Shown here one piece after another: positions 18,199 through 27,675 of a stretch of 64,000 nt of DNA. The notes under the pieces are model-generated. The model did no database searches. It was not told where the DNA came from and saw only the letters and a list, made by a program, of their open reading frames with translations. The position numbers and the translations under genes were made by a program. This stretch comes from an uncultured virus (IMG/VR IMGVR_UViG_3300046837_000353) (Duplodnaviria > Heunggongvirae > Uroviricota > Caudoviricetes), in IMG/VR virus record IMGVR_UViG_3300046837_000353, positions 1-64,000 of that record; one strand, 5' to 3'. Each line of letters begins with the position of its first letter. Within the stretch, counting starts at the first letter, position 1.

Positions 18199-18259
18199 AT
18201 GTCTGATTTAATAATTCTAGATTGAATAGCCGTATATTAGCTAGGCGGAGGGAAGCCTA

Positions 18260-19039
18260 GTGATCGTTAAGCATGTCGAAATTAAACCAAAACAAGTAAT
18301 CAGGAAATTTGAGTTTGAGCGGACTGAACGCTTTGTTCGGAATGCTGATAAGTGGTATCGTATTGTAGCTGAAATGCTGGCTGAGATTAGACTTGATCGC
18401 GCGCATATGCGGACCAGTGATCAACAGATTGTCAATTGGGTTAAGCAGATTAAGAGGTTTTCAAAGCAGTTAGCTGGTGGGGAACCTCCTATAGTCAGAC
18501 TCTACACTCTGATTAAGTGGTACAAAGATCATTATGACGATGATGAGTACATCCCTAGGGTTGAGTCTGCTACATCATTAGTCAGCAAGTTTGAGAGGCT
18601 TGAAGCTGCGATGATTCGTAGGGTCAAGTTAAAGACGGCTAACGGACATGATTTGTCAATCAAACAGGTGTTGCAGCAGAACGGTATTACACATCCTCGC
18701 ATTGTTGATACAATCGAGAGGGATCTAGTTATTCCAGCCCGAAGGCTTCATCTGTCAGATATGACTAATGATGCGGTATTGACCGATAAGATTGTTGGAC
18801 TGTATAACGAGATCCAGAATGAACGAGCAACGGTAAGACTCTCCCCTGCCGTTAAGCTGAACATTGGTGGCCCATTGGAAGTTATGCGCAGGTATATTAG
18901 TTGGCTAGCTGAAAAGGATTGGGATGCCAGTAGTAGAGTATTGAAATCAGACAGTCCAGCCTTTAACCAGTTTAGGCGGGATTTTCGTAATATGGAGGGT
19001 AATGACCCAGTAAACGGTAAGGAAAGGGTCTATGAATGA
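18260..19039 (+). CDS. Hypothetical protein heading the replication operon
   Basis: GGAGG RBS, GTG start, 259 aa. Confidence 0.7.
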   Translation: MIVKHVEIKPKQVIRKFEFERTERFVRNADKWYRIVAEMLAEIRLDRAHMRTSDQQIVNWVKQIKRFSKQLAGGEPPIVRLYTLIKWYKDHYDDDEYIPRVESATSLVSKFERLEAAMIRRVKLKTANGHDLSIKQVLQQNGITHPRIVDTIERDLVIPARRLHLSDMTNDAVLTDKIVGLYNEIQNERATVRLSPAVKLNIGGPLEVMRRYISWLAEKDWDASSRVLKSDSPAFNQFRRDFRNMEGNDPVNGKERVYE

Positions 19040-19272
19040 GGAAGAAGATTATGTCACCTAGTCGTGGGTTTTACAAGAGAGAAGACCGGGTATTCTGTCG
19101 ATGTGAATTGTGTCGCTTGCGTTTCGGTCGCTTGCTTTACCGAAGAAACTCTAGTGGTCCGGCTTTGGGTATGGGTCGAGACGGTTGGAGTGAGTACAAA
19201 CATGCCTATCCTGTATCAAGATGGGGTGGGCATCGAACTCGCTTTCCTCCCAAGGAAAGGGTTTATGAATGA
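19036..19272 (+). CDS. Small basic hypothetical protein flanked by 22-bp direct repeats
   Basis: ATGA overlaps on both sides. Confidence 0.55.
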   Translation: MRKKIMSPSRGFYKREDRVFCRCELCRLRFGRLLYRRNSSGPALGMGRDGWSEYKHAYPVSRWGGHRTRFPPKERVYE

Positions 19273-19463
19273 GTTATCCTGTTGCTTATGCTTTTATCTT
19301 TTACTTTGTAATGGGTGGTTTCTTTGCAAGTGGTGTTTACCGGGGAATGCGTAAGAACCCTCGCTATACTAGACGTGTGATTGTGTGGGTCACCGTTGTT
19401 ATGGTTGTCTTTATTTGGCCTTATGGTATCTACCTTTTGTTGAAGGAAAGCGGGTATGTCTGA
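19269..19463 (+). CDS. Small two-TM membrane protein
   Basis: Two hydrophobic segments. Confidence 0.6.
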   Translation: MSYPVAYAFIFYFVMGGFFASGVYRGMRKNPRYTRRVIVWVTVVMVVFIWPYGIYLLLKESGYV

Positions 19464-19481
19464 AAGTAGGTGGGGCGACCG

Positions 19482-19703
19482 ATGACTGAGCTGATCGGCA
19501 GCTCGACATATTCCGGCGACGCTTGCCCGTCCTGCGGCTATCGCTACGGCCATGTTGAGCAAGACCACAAACCGGTGATTACGGTCTACTACTCTGATCG
19601 TGCCGACCTCGCCATCGTCGGGTTTCGCTGCCCGCAATGTAACTACGAGTACATGCCCAAGAGATGTTGTCCTGAAACAATTGTAAGGCGGAAGGATAAT
19701 TAG
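19482..19703 (+). CDS. Small Zn-ribbon protein
   Basis: CPSC...CPQC. Confidence 0.55.
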   Translation: MTELIGSSTYSGDACPSCGYRYGHVEQDHKPVITVYYSDRADLAIVGFRCPQCNYEYMPKRCCPETIVRRKDN

Positions 19704-21302
19704 ATGTCTGAATTTATTGAGCGTAGGATAGTAACCGGACTGATCGTAAGCAATGAATTTGCTCGAAAGATAGTCGCCTATTGGCGAGATGACTTGCTGG
19801 TCGCACCGGAATTACAGAAACTGGCTCGTTGGTGTGTAGACTTTTATGAGCAATACCACAAGGTACCCGATCGTGATATTGAAATGATCTTTTTTGATCA
19901 CCTGCGCTCCAATCGGATATCGAAACCAGAAGGTGAGTTGATTGAACAGATTCTGACTCGTATCAGCGATGATTACGAGCGTGGTGATCAATACAATGCA
20001 GGGTATCTGTTTGACCGAGCAGTCGCCTATTTCCGCTCCAGGGAACAGGAAAACCTAAAGGAACAACTGGAAGATCTGACAGATAGGGGAGAAGTAGAGA
20101 GGGCAGATGATCTGCTTAGGTCCTACACTCCAACCAGTTACATTACTTCACTTGGGTTGGAAGTTGGTAGTGAAGAAGGTTACCGAGCAATTGAAGAAGC
20201 CTTTTCAATTGTCTCTCAACCTGTAGTAAAGTATCCCGGTGCCTTTGGTCGGATGGTCAATCCACATATGATTAGGGGTGGATTTGTTGCATTCTTGGCA
20301 CCAGAAAAGCGTGGTAAGACTTGGTTGATGATGGATATTGCGTTTAGGGGATTACGACAAAAGGCAAATGTGGCATTCTTTCAAGCGGGTGACTTAACCC
20401 AGTCTCAGATGCTGCGCAGAACTTGTATTTATATGTCGCGGAGATCAGATCAGGAAGAGTATTGTAAATCTTACTATCGTCCGGTGGGGGATTGTGTAAA
20501 GAATCAATTCAATACTTGTCATAGATCGGATCGTAATTGTAACTTTGGTATTCACGATGAAGAGATAGATTCCTTTGATGAAGATCCTCGCGAGTTTGAG
20601 AATTATGATAAACTGAGCGACTTGGCAAAACGTAATTCTAAGTATCAACCTTGTGACAGTGCGACCTGTAATGAAAGGAGGGGAACTGTATGGTTGAAAA
20701 AGGAGCCTGCGCGTCAACCTTTAACGGCAAAACTTGCGGTAGAGTCTGCCCGTGGGTTCTTTGATAGGTATAAACGTCGATTCAAAGTAATGACTGTTCC
20801 CTCGGATTCGCTTAGTGCTGATGATCTGCGCGGAGCATTGGATGAATGGGAGCACAAGGATGATTTTGTCCCTGACATTATTGTGGTGGATTATGCAGAC
20901 CTGATGACGGCAAGAGTAGCTGAGTTCCGTCACAGGATAGATGCTGTCTGGAAGGGCTTGCGCGCGATCAGTCAGGAGAGACACTCTCTGGTGGTCACAG
21001 CAACTCAAGCGGATGCGAGAAGTTATGCCCAGAACACGTTAAATCTGTCTAACTTCTCAGAGGACAAGCGTAAGTACGCCCACGTTACGGCAATGTATGG
21101 GCTGAATCAAGACCCTAAGGGTCGCGAAAAGATGCTGGGTATTATGCGCATCAACGAACTAGTCGTTCGGGAGGGCATCTTTAATGCCAATAATGACGTG
21201 ATTATCTTACAGGATTTGCGGTCAGGGCGACCGTTTCTTGAGTCCTACGATAAGCTGAGCCATCACATGAGAGGACCCGCCGAAGCGGGTCCTGATTGTT
21301 AG
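19704..21302 (+). CDS. DnaB-like replicative helicase
   Basis: Walker A APEKRGKT, IIVVDYAD, VVTATQA, SEDKRK; Cys-rich insertion. Confidence 0.88.
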   Translation: MSEFIERRIVTGLIVSNEFARKIVAYWRDDLLVAPELQKLARWCVDFYEQYHKVPDRDIEMIFFDHLRSNRISKPEGELIEQILTRISDDYERGDQYNAGYLFDRAVAYFRSREQENLKEQLEDLTDRGEVERADDLLRSYTPTSYITSLGLEVGSEEGYRAIEEAFSIVSQPVVKYPGAFGRMVNPHMIRGGFVAFLAPEKRGKTWLMMDIAFRGLRQKANVAFFQAGDLTQSQMLRRTCIYMSRRSDQEEYCKSYYRPVGDCVKNQFNTCHRSDRNCNFGIHDEEIDSFDEDPREFENYDKLSDLAKRNSKYQPCDSATCNERRGTVWLKKEPARQPLTAKLAVESARGFFDRYKRRFKVMTVPSDSLSADDLRGALDEWEHKDDFVPDIIVVDYADLMTARVAEFRHRIDAVWKGLRAISQERHSLVVTATQADARSYAQNTLNLSNFSEDKRKYAHVTAMYGLNQDPKGREKMLGIMRINELVVREGIFNANNDVIILQDLRSGRPFLESYDKLSHHMRGPAEAGPDC

Positions 21303-21309
21303 CGTTTCT

Positions 21310-21624
21310 TTAGTGGATCGTATTGAGATCGACACCCTTACGATCAAGCCAACCAACAATATCTTGGCAAGCTCTGAGTGCACGATCAAGTGTCTTGAGG
21401 CTGTACACTTCACCGTTGCTCTTCCTGATCTCCTCTTGAAGATCCCCGAGATTGATGTCGCGATTTAGTAGATAGTGCGGCATAATCTTGGCATAGCGAC
21501 CATCGGGTTCCTTGGGCAGCTTCGGTTCTGGTTCCTTAACCAGTCCGAGACGCTGTTCAAGGATTTTAAGACGTGACTCAATCGATACCATCATGAGGAG
21601 GTCTTTTTCGTCTTTTTTGAGCAT
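21310..21624 (-). CDS. Hypothetical protein (counter-oriented insert with its own cassette-type promoter)
   Basis: MLKKDEKD start; TTGC-N8-GCAA/GCTTATAT promoter at 21721-21747. Confidence 0.6.
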   Translation of the reverse strand: MLKKDEKDLLMMVSIESRLKILEQRLGLVKEPEPKLPKEPDGRYAKIMPHYLLNRDINLGDLQEEIRKSNGEVYSLKTLDRALRACQDIVGWLDRKGVDLNTIH

Positions 21625-21720
21625 AGCATTTCCATAGGTTTGGGTGATCCAATGAGCGGAAAATTCCCGCCCGGCTGGGTTAAGTGTCGTATGTGAATTC
21701 CCATCCTCATGATAAGGTAC

Positions 21721-21747
21721 ATATAAGCATTTTGCGGCACATTGCAA
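21721..21747 (-). promoter_or_regulatory. Repeated promoter/operator
   Basis: TTGCAATGTGCCGCAAAATGCTTATAT, identical to the copy at 62700. Confidence 0.85.
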
Positions 21748-21864
21748 TAGCTGGTGTGGTAAAAAAATTGCTCAAAGTAGCAATTTTGTGCTTGTCATGC
21801 GCGACAGCATCAGCTATTATCCGCTGTGTTCGCAAATTCGCAACACAGGATAGAGGAGCAAAAA

Positions 21865-22386
21865 GTGGTAACCAGAGCGCAATTGGTTGACGCGGCCAAC
21901 GAGCTCAACACGGTTCTTTCGCTCGATCCAAAGATTGATCTGAAGATGGCCGTCATTGAGCTTACAGCCAGCGTCCATGAGGCAGGTGAACTGCTGCGAC
22001 CGGGAGACGATGTCTCTCCGGAAACACAGGCCATCGTTGATGCGTTGAAAGCCGGTACCGAACCGGCCGAGGCGGAACAGGAGCCCGAGCCCGAGGTCGA
22101 AGAGGAGGGTGAGGTTGTCACCAAGCCTCGTCGTACTCGTGGTGACACGGCCGCACCCGCAACTACGCCAACTCGGCGTGGTGGTGGGTTCCGCTATGAA
22201 GGCAGTGGTGCTCAGAAGATGGACCTGGCGCTGATGCGCGGTGGGCCCATTAGCGATCTGGCCGAAGAGGCTGGTGTCAAGAAGGGAATGCTGCGCGCCC
22301 ATGCAAAGTTTCGGGCGAAGAGCGGCAAGTGGTCGATGAGCGAGGATGGTGAATACATCCAGTTGACCAAGCTCGACGCTGCATAG
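21865..22386 (+). CDS. Hypothetical protein with an acidic linker and a C-terminal HTH-like domain
   Basis: GAGGAG RBS, GTG start; ISDLAEEAGVKKGMLRAH. Confidence 0.65.
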   Translation: MVTRAQLVDAANELNTVLSLDPKIDLKMAVIELTASVHEAGELLRPGDDVSPETQAIVDALKAGTEPAEAEQEPEPEVEEEGEVVTKPRRTRGDTAAPATTPTRRGGGFRYEGSGAQKMDLALMRGGPISDLAEEAGVKKGMLRAHAKFRAKSGKWSMSEDGEYIQLTKLDAA

Positions 22387-22403
22387 CCCAATGTTGCTGA
22401 AAT

Positions 22404-22440
22404 AGGGTGGGCGAAAATTTATTTTTCGCCTGCCCTTTTT
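22404..22440 (+). terminator. Intrinsic terminator
   Basis: AGGGTGGGCGAAAA-loop-TTTTCGCCTGCCCT-TTTT. Confidence 0.85.
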
Positions 22441-22492
22441 CATGTGTTCGAATTCGCGTATAATAATTTGATGCCTATTTTTGGGGGAAGCA

Positions 22493-23062
22493 ATGGTTGA
22501 TTGGTTAAAGGTCAGACAAGGAGTCATTGATATTCTGGATGGTTTGGGATTGGATGCTAGAGATCCAAACTTTTTCGATACACCGGATCGGGTTGTGCGG
22601 GCTTATCAAGAGATCTTTGCAGGTCTAGATGAACGGAATACCGTTGAAGAGATGCTTAAAAGTGTGTTCCCCTGTGAACACCAACAGATGATTTTAGTTA
22701 AACATGTTGAAGTGTTTAGTATGTGTCCTCATCATCTTCTTCCAGTCCGTTATGATATTACGGCTGGGTACTTACCTGGTCCGGGGATTCGAGCAAAGGT
22801 CTTGGGCCTGTCAAAATTGGCTAGGATCACAAAGCTTCTAGCTGCCCGACCTGTTCTTCAGGAGCAAGTGGTTAACGATATCGCCAATACTCTAATGCGT
22901 ATACCTGAATGTCGTGGGGCTGGCTGCATTGCTACTGGTGAACACTATTGTATGCGTATGCGTGGAGTCAATCAGAGTGGCTCAATTGTTGTTACCAGCG
23001 CCTTGCGTGGTGAGTTCTTATCTGATTCAATGGTCCGTGAAGAATTCATGGACTTTAGATAG
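22493..23062 (+). CDS. folE: GTP cyclohydrolase I
   Basis: DTPDRVVRAY, SMCPHHLLP, GLSKLAR, LQEQ, HYCMRMRGV. Confidence 0.95.
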   Translation: MVDWLKVRQGVIDILDGLGLDARDPNFFDTPDRVVRAYQEIFAGLDERNTVEEMLKSVFPCEHQQMILVKHVEVFSMCPHHLLPVRYDITAGYLPGPGIRAKVLGLSKLARITKLLAARPVLQEQVVNDIANTLMRIPECRGAGCIATGEHYCMRMRGVNQSGSIVVTSALRGEFLSDSMVREEFMDFR

Positions 23063-23071
23063 GAGAAGTAG

Positions 23072-23731
23072 ATGGGTATCGCTGTTGTTACTGGAGCATC
23101 TTCTGGTATTGGTAAGGCAATCTATGATCACTTTAATACAAGCGACCGGTTTGATAGTGTTGTTGGTATAGCTAAGAACGGTCCGGATCTTGAATATGAC
23201 TTGTCGAGTGAGAAGGATATTCAAGAGATTGTGGATGACCTGCGCACCGCAGGTGACATTTCTTGTCTTGTAAATTGTGCGGGAATTTTGAAGCTTGAAG
23301 AGGTTGGAAATGAAGGTCAGATATTTGACGTTAACTTTTGGGCGCCATACTACCTGACTAATGCACTAAAGCATGAGTTGATTGCTGCACGTGGTTGTGT
23401 TATCAATATTGCCTCAGTTAGTGGGATGATTGCCGAGCCTGAGATTCCGATCTATGCCGCATCTAAGGCCGCGCTGATTTCACTGACCAAGAGTCTCGCT
23501 ATTAGGTTCTCACCCTTTTTTGTTAGGGTGAATTGCATTAGTCCTGGATTTGTTAAGACGAATCTGATTCCGGGTGATACACCAATTGAACTTCTCAACG
23601 CAATCCCCTTAGGGTTTGAAGCAGAACCCGCAATGCTCCTTCCAGTCGTCGATATGATACTTGATTGTCCTTACGTTACTGGTGCAAACTTTGTAGTTGA
23701 CGGCGGGGGTTCTTGTAGAGCTGCAATGTAA
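23072..23731 (+). CDS. SDR family oxidoreductase
   Basis: VTGASSGIG, NCAG, YAASK, VNCISPG, VDGG. Confidence 0.93.
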   Translation: MGIAVVTGASSGIGKAIYDHFNTSDRFDSVVGIAKNGPDLEYDLSSEKDIQEIVDDLRTAGDISCLVNCAGILKLEEVGNEGQIFDVNFWAPYYLTNALKHELIAARGCVINIASVSGMIAEPEIPIYAASKAALISLTKSLAIRFSPFFVRVNCISPGFVKTNLIPGDTPIELLNAIPLGFEAEPAMLLPVVDMILDCPYVTGANFVVDGGGSCRAAM

Positions 23732-23764
23732 TGTGAGACACGGTGCCACGTAAGGGAAGGTAAG

Positions 23765-24835
23765 ATGTCTGAATTACACACACCACGGTACTCCTGCATA
23801 TTCCAGTCGAGAATGTGCCCACGTTCTTGTTCCTATTGTCTGAGCAAAGACGTTAGAGGAGATGGGACTTTTCTGTCACCGGAGCAATGGGCAGATGCAT
23901 TACACATTCTGGAGTATCATGGTGTCCAGTTCCACTTGTTTATCGGTAATGAACTGTTTTCCTATTCCGATCCTGTTGGCTTTGTCAAGGCAATCAAACC
24001 CTTCTATGGGAGGTATGGTATCTATTCGACATTCCCACCAGGATGGACTGAAAAATATTTTGATGACTGTATTAACGCTGGTCTGTATAACATCTCTGGT
24101 GGTGTGGACGTCCTTCCCGGGTTACATAAGACAGGTGACGTCCACATTGATCGCAAGGCTCAAGCGGTGCTTAGTTGGTTGGAGTATGCGCTGATGCGCG
24201 GTGTACCGGACGTGCAAGCGCAAATTACTATTCATCGACACAATTACGATAAGCTCTATCCATTGCTTGACTTGTGTACAGAAAAGGGGATGTGGGTTGG
24301 GTGTTCTCTAGTAGAAGCATCTGCGGATGGACTACACGATTTTTACGGTACTGCTGATACAATGACTGAATGGTTAATACCAGCAGATGAACGTAACAAG
24401 TTTAGCGATGAGATGTACAAGTTAGCGGATGAGGTTGCCACCGGCAGGTGGAAGATGCAGTTACCACCAACATACTTTCGTGAACTAGCAGATCGTGAAG
24501 TGAGGCGTGATCCTTGGCATTGCAGTTTGCCTATGCTGATCTCAATTGAAGAGGATGGTTCTCTGCGCGGGTGCGGGTATAGGGGACCACTATCAGAAAA
24601 ATATTCGATATTCGACCTTCGTGAGGGCGGAAAGTTGCCCATGTCTGAGTATATAAGGTTGCAGAGGGAAAAGACCAGTCAGTGCCCTGGTTGTGGAGTT
24701 GGTGGCGGGGCTTGGTCGTTCTGGTGGATGGCTGAGTATTGGTTAAAGGGTGATGTGGCAATGGGAGACAGAATCTTCCAGACACATGCACCGGGGCATC
24801 TCTTTGAAGCGACGGTGAGACAGGATGAGCAATAA
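23765..24835 (+). CDS. Radical SAM enzyme with a SPASM/twitch-like C-terminus
   Basis: CPRSCSYC (CxxxCxxC); C-terminal C..(I)EEDGSLRGC...CPGC. Confidence 0.85.
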   Translation: MSELHTPRYSCIFQSRMCPRSCSYCLSKDVRGDGTFLSPEQWADALHILEYHGVQFHLFIGNELFSYSDPVGFVKAIKPFYGRYGIYSTFPPGWTEKYFDDCINAGLYNISGGVDVLPGLHKTGDVHIDRKAQAVLSWLEYALMRGVPDVQAQITIHRHNYDKLYPLLDLCTEKGMWVGCSLVEASADGLHDFYGTADTMTEWLIPADERNKFSDEMYKLADEVATGRWKMQLPPTYFRELADREVRRDPWHCSLPMLISIEEDGSLRGCGYRGPLSEKYSIFDLREGGKLPMSEYIRLQREKTSQCPGCGVGGGAWSFWWMAEYWLKGDVAMGDRIFQTHAPGHLFEATVRQDEQ

Positions 24836-25082
24836 GCCAACAGTTGCTGAAGTGATGATAAAATTTCTTGTTGAAGAAAAGATTGCCAATCCTCATTCGA
24901 CATCTAAGAATGCCTCGGATGAAGAAGCGATAGCAATTTACGATAATTGTGTGGCATTTGTTGAGCGTTATTACCCTGATGTTACTACAGAAGAACTCCG
25001 CAAGGCTTTTCGTAAAGTACACAAGACTCCAGCGTCGAAGATGTGGGCTATAGCGAATAAGTACAAGGGTGGTACTGCATGA
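24825..25082 (+). CDS. Hypothetical protein
   Basis: Overlapping operon ORF. Confidence 0.6.
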   Translation: MSNKPTVAEVMIKFLVEEKIANPHSTSKNASDEEAIAIYDNCVAFVERYYPDVTTEELRKAFRKVHKTPASKMWAIANKYKGGTA

Positions 25083-25756
25083 AGTCCTATTCAAAGAAGA
25101 CAATCAAGCGATTTAACCTAACCATTGAAGGTGATGAATTTAATGATGCTGAACAGAATAAATCACTCTATGATGATCACGTGAGTGGATATGATGAGTT
25201 GACTAAGTTGTTAGACATCAATGATACAACCTATGTCTATCGTAAGGTACTCAATGTTGGTGCAGGTTCGGGTTCTCCGTTAAAGTTTCCCCATCCAGTT
25301 GATATGTACTATCTTGAGCCCAATCCAGATCGGGTTGAAGAGATTGATGTCGATCGTGATGATAACATAATCTCTGGTTGGTGTGAGAACATCGAGACTG
25401 AACTAAAGTTTGATATGATTATCTGTTGGGGAACATTGTGCTTTGTACGTTCTATACCAGAAACCCTAATTCAGTTTAATGATCGTTTGTTTAAAGAAGG
25501 TATGTTGGTACTAGATGTAGTTAAATCAACATCATTCCCACTATGCCAGACTGCTGATCCTGATAGTTTTATTAGAAATGTGAGTTTGTATGGGTTTGAA
25601 TTACAACATCGTATCCCCTTTGATCATTTGGGACACAATCGTGAGGGGATTCGCTTTAAGAAGGTTCGCGACTTTGACCCTAGGTATCTGCGGATGCCTC
25701 AGGCTAAGGATGGCTTGAGGAACTTCATCCCTGAGAGAGACTGGTTTCTATCTTAG
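25079..25756 (+). CDS. Class I SAM-dependent methyltransferase-like protein
   Basis: VLNVGAGSG, LEPN, FDMIICWGTLCFV, L.KEGMLVL. Confidence 0.8.
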   Translation: MKSYSKKTIKRFNLTIEGDEFNDAEQNKSLYDDHVSGYDELTKLLDINDTTYVYRKVLNVGAGSGSPLKFPHPVDMYYLEPNPDRVEEIDVDRDDNIISGWCENIETELKFDMIICWGTLCFVRSIPETLIQFNDRLFKEGMLVLDVVKSTSFPLCQTADPDSFIRNVSLYGFELQHRIPFDHLGHNREGIRFKKVRDFDPRYLRMPQAKDGLRNFIPERDWFLS

Positions 25757-25766
25757 AGGAGATAAC

Positions 25767-26321
25767 ATGACACCTGGTCTAGTCGTTCTTACCAGCGGTG
25801 GTTTTGATAGTGCATTATTGTTACACATGGCAAAGCGGATGAACTATAATCCAATCGCCCTATTGATTGATTATGGTCAGAAACACGTTCGGGAATTGGA
25901 TGCTGCTGTTAAGTTGTGCGATGATCTCCAGGTTTCCTTTAAGCGGATGAAGGTTGATCTTGCTCAAGCAGTTGACTCTGGGTTGACTGGTACTTTGCAG
26001 GGTGGTAAGTATGAGGGACTGCATGAGATGCACGTCCCTGGACGCAACACTATCTTTGTTGGTCTAGCTCTGTCACTGGCAGAAGCTGTCGGTGCAACAA
26101 AGATTTGGTATGGAGCGAATTTTGAGGACCGGATAAATGAGTTTGCGGACTGCAAACAAGACTGGGTCCTCGAGATGAACAAGTCTCTAAAGATCGCGGG
26201 AAGCTACCCAGTGGAGTTGGAAGCCCCTTTGCTTGGGATGCGCAAGGACACTATTGTGCGCATGGGTAAGCTGTACCACGATATTAAGGAAGAGGAGGTT
26301 CACAGTGGGTATGCCGTCTAA
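25767..26321 (+). CDS. queC: QueC-like 7-cyano-7-deazaguanine synthase lacking the C-terminal Zn site
   Basis: SGGFDS, DYGQKH..E, VPGRNTIF, ADC, APLL..K; ends HSGYAV where QueC has SCY..CGxCxxC. Confidence 0.85.
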   Translation: MTPGLVVLTSGGFDSALLLHMAKRMNYNPIALLIDYGQKHVRELDAAVKLCDDLQVSFKRMKVDLAQAVDSGLTGTLQGGKYEGLHEMHVPGRNTIFVGLALSLAEAVGATKIWYGANFEDRINEFADCKQDWVLEMNKSLKIAGSYPVELEAPLLGMRKDTIVRMGKLYHDIKEEEVHSGYAV

Positions 26322-27132
26322 TAATGATAAGAAGATTCTTCACTGGAGATCCACGGCAAACGGAGGTGATCCTTCTTCTCCTACACAACCGGATTTGCCT
26401 GATGGGTTTATCACTATAAGGGAGGCTGTTAGTCTTACAGGTTTTTCTAAAACAACTATTCGTAAAACAAAAGTGACCCATCGACAAGAATGGCGTAGGA
26501 TAGATGGGAGGGTATTTGTACGCAAAGACTTTATCTTGGAATATTGTGCGGTTAGAGCTAGGCTTAGGGCTAGACCTGAACCCAGGAGGCGGAAAAAGAA
26601 GTACCCTAATCGTGTACCTGCTCGTTTTTTACTGCCTCTTAAACCAGGTGAATGGTTTATTAGGACTGAAGTTGAGAGGAGAAAGGGAACAGAAGGTGTA
26701 TACCTTCACTTTGTCTCTGGTGATGATCTTTCCGATCTGAATATCTACTCGTTTGATTGTATGTATAACGCGCTTAAAGCTGGTGGGTATTCTGAACTTA
26801 AAGGTTTACCAGAATGGACTGCAGTGACGGTTCCTAAGAATCGTAATATTCCGCAGTTAGAATTTGAACACAAGTATACAAAGAGGGAACAGGGTTTAGG
26901 TCATGTATGCCGAATTGGTACAACGGATGGTGCAGCTATTCCTTCCTGGATGAAGGCTCCTGGTTTGATGAAAGGTAAAATGGAGAGGGAATCGTTTGTA
27001 GGAAAGACTATTCTGCGAATTACGGCTACTCAAATGATCGAGATGGAGGGTTTTACACCTGGAGAGTTTGTGGACGAACGTATAAAAGAAGAAGGAAAAG
27101 CTTACTGGGGTCCTCTTTGGGATTTAACTTGA
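26311..27132 (+). CDS. Hypothetical protein with an N-terminal HTH
   Basis: FITIREAVSLTGFSKTTIRK. Confidence 0.6.
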   Translation: MPSNNDKKILHWRSTANGGDPSSPTQPDLPDGFITIREAVSLTGFSKTTIRKTKVTHRQEWRRIDGRVFVRKDFILEYCAVRARLRARPEPRRRKKKYPNRVPARFLLPLKPGEWFIRTEVERRKGTEGVYLHFVSGDDLSDLNIYSFDCMYNALKAGGYSELKGLPEWTAVTVPKNRNIPQLEFEHKYTKREQGLGHVCRIGTTDGAAIPSWMKAPGLMKGKMERESFVGKTILRITATQMIEMEGFTPGEFVDERIKEEGKAYWGPLWDLT

Positions 27133-27136
27133 GGGA

Positions 27137-27523
27137 ATGAAAATGGAAGAGCAGATCGCACACACTATGCTGATGAATAAGCACTATAGCCCGATGGTTG
27201 TCAGGAAGACCTCAACATGGGGCTTCCCAGTGTTTGTTGCTTTGATCACCGATGACGACTTGGCGGATCTGGATCAGGTTATTCTAAAGTTTATGCTGGA
27301 TGCAAAGGCAGTCAACGGGTGGTCAGATAATATTCAAAAGATGCGCAACCTGGCGGGAGCAATGGTTGAGATGCTCAATAATAGGTATCCGAAGGTTGAA
27401 GGATCAGCTGTGATAATTTATTCAGACAAATGCTTCATCTCTAGTTTGCATGGCGATCTGATGACACATCTTAGTTGTAAAGTTGAACTTTTCGAGCTTC
27501 TCAATATGAGTACTGGAGTTTAG
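27137..27523 (+). CDS. Hypothetical protein
   Basis: 128-aa operon ORF. Confidence 0.65.
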   Translation: MKMEEQIAHTMLMNKHYSPMVVRKTSTWGFPVFVALITDDDLADLDQVILKFMLDAKAVNGWSDNIQKMRNLAGAMVEMLNNRYPKVEGSAVIIYSDKCFISSLHGDLMTHLSCKVELFELLNMSTGV

Positions 27524-27525
27524 TT

Positions 27526-27675
27526 ATGTCTCGTCCACGTGGGTATAAACATACTGAGGCTACCCGAAAGAAGCTTAGTGAAGGAACTAAATTACGTTAT
27601 GAGGCTGGGATATTGATGGGGTTTCGTGCTAAACCGTTGTCTGAGGAGGCACACGTTATGCTCAATTCCGTGTGA
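27526..27675 (+). CDS. NUMOD3-motif mini-protein (49 aa; not in ORF track)
   Basis: GGAG RBS; MSRPRGYKHTEATRKKLSEG. Confidence 0.5.
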   Translation: MSRPRGYKHTEATRKKLSEGTKLRYEAGILMGFRAKPLSEEAHVMLNSV

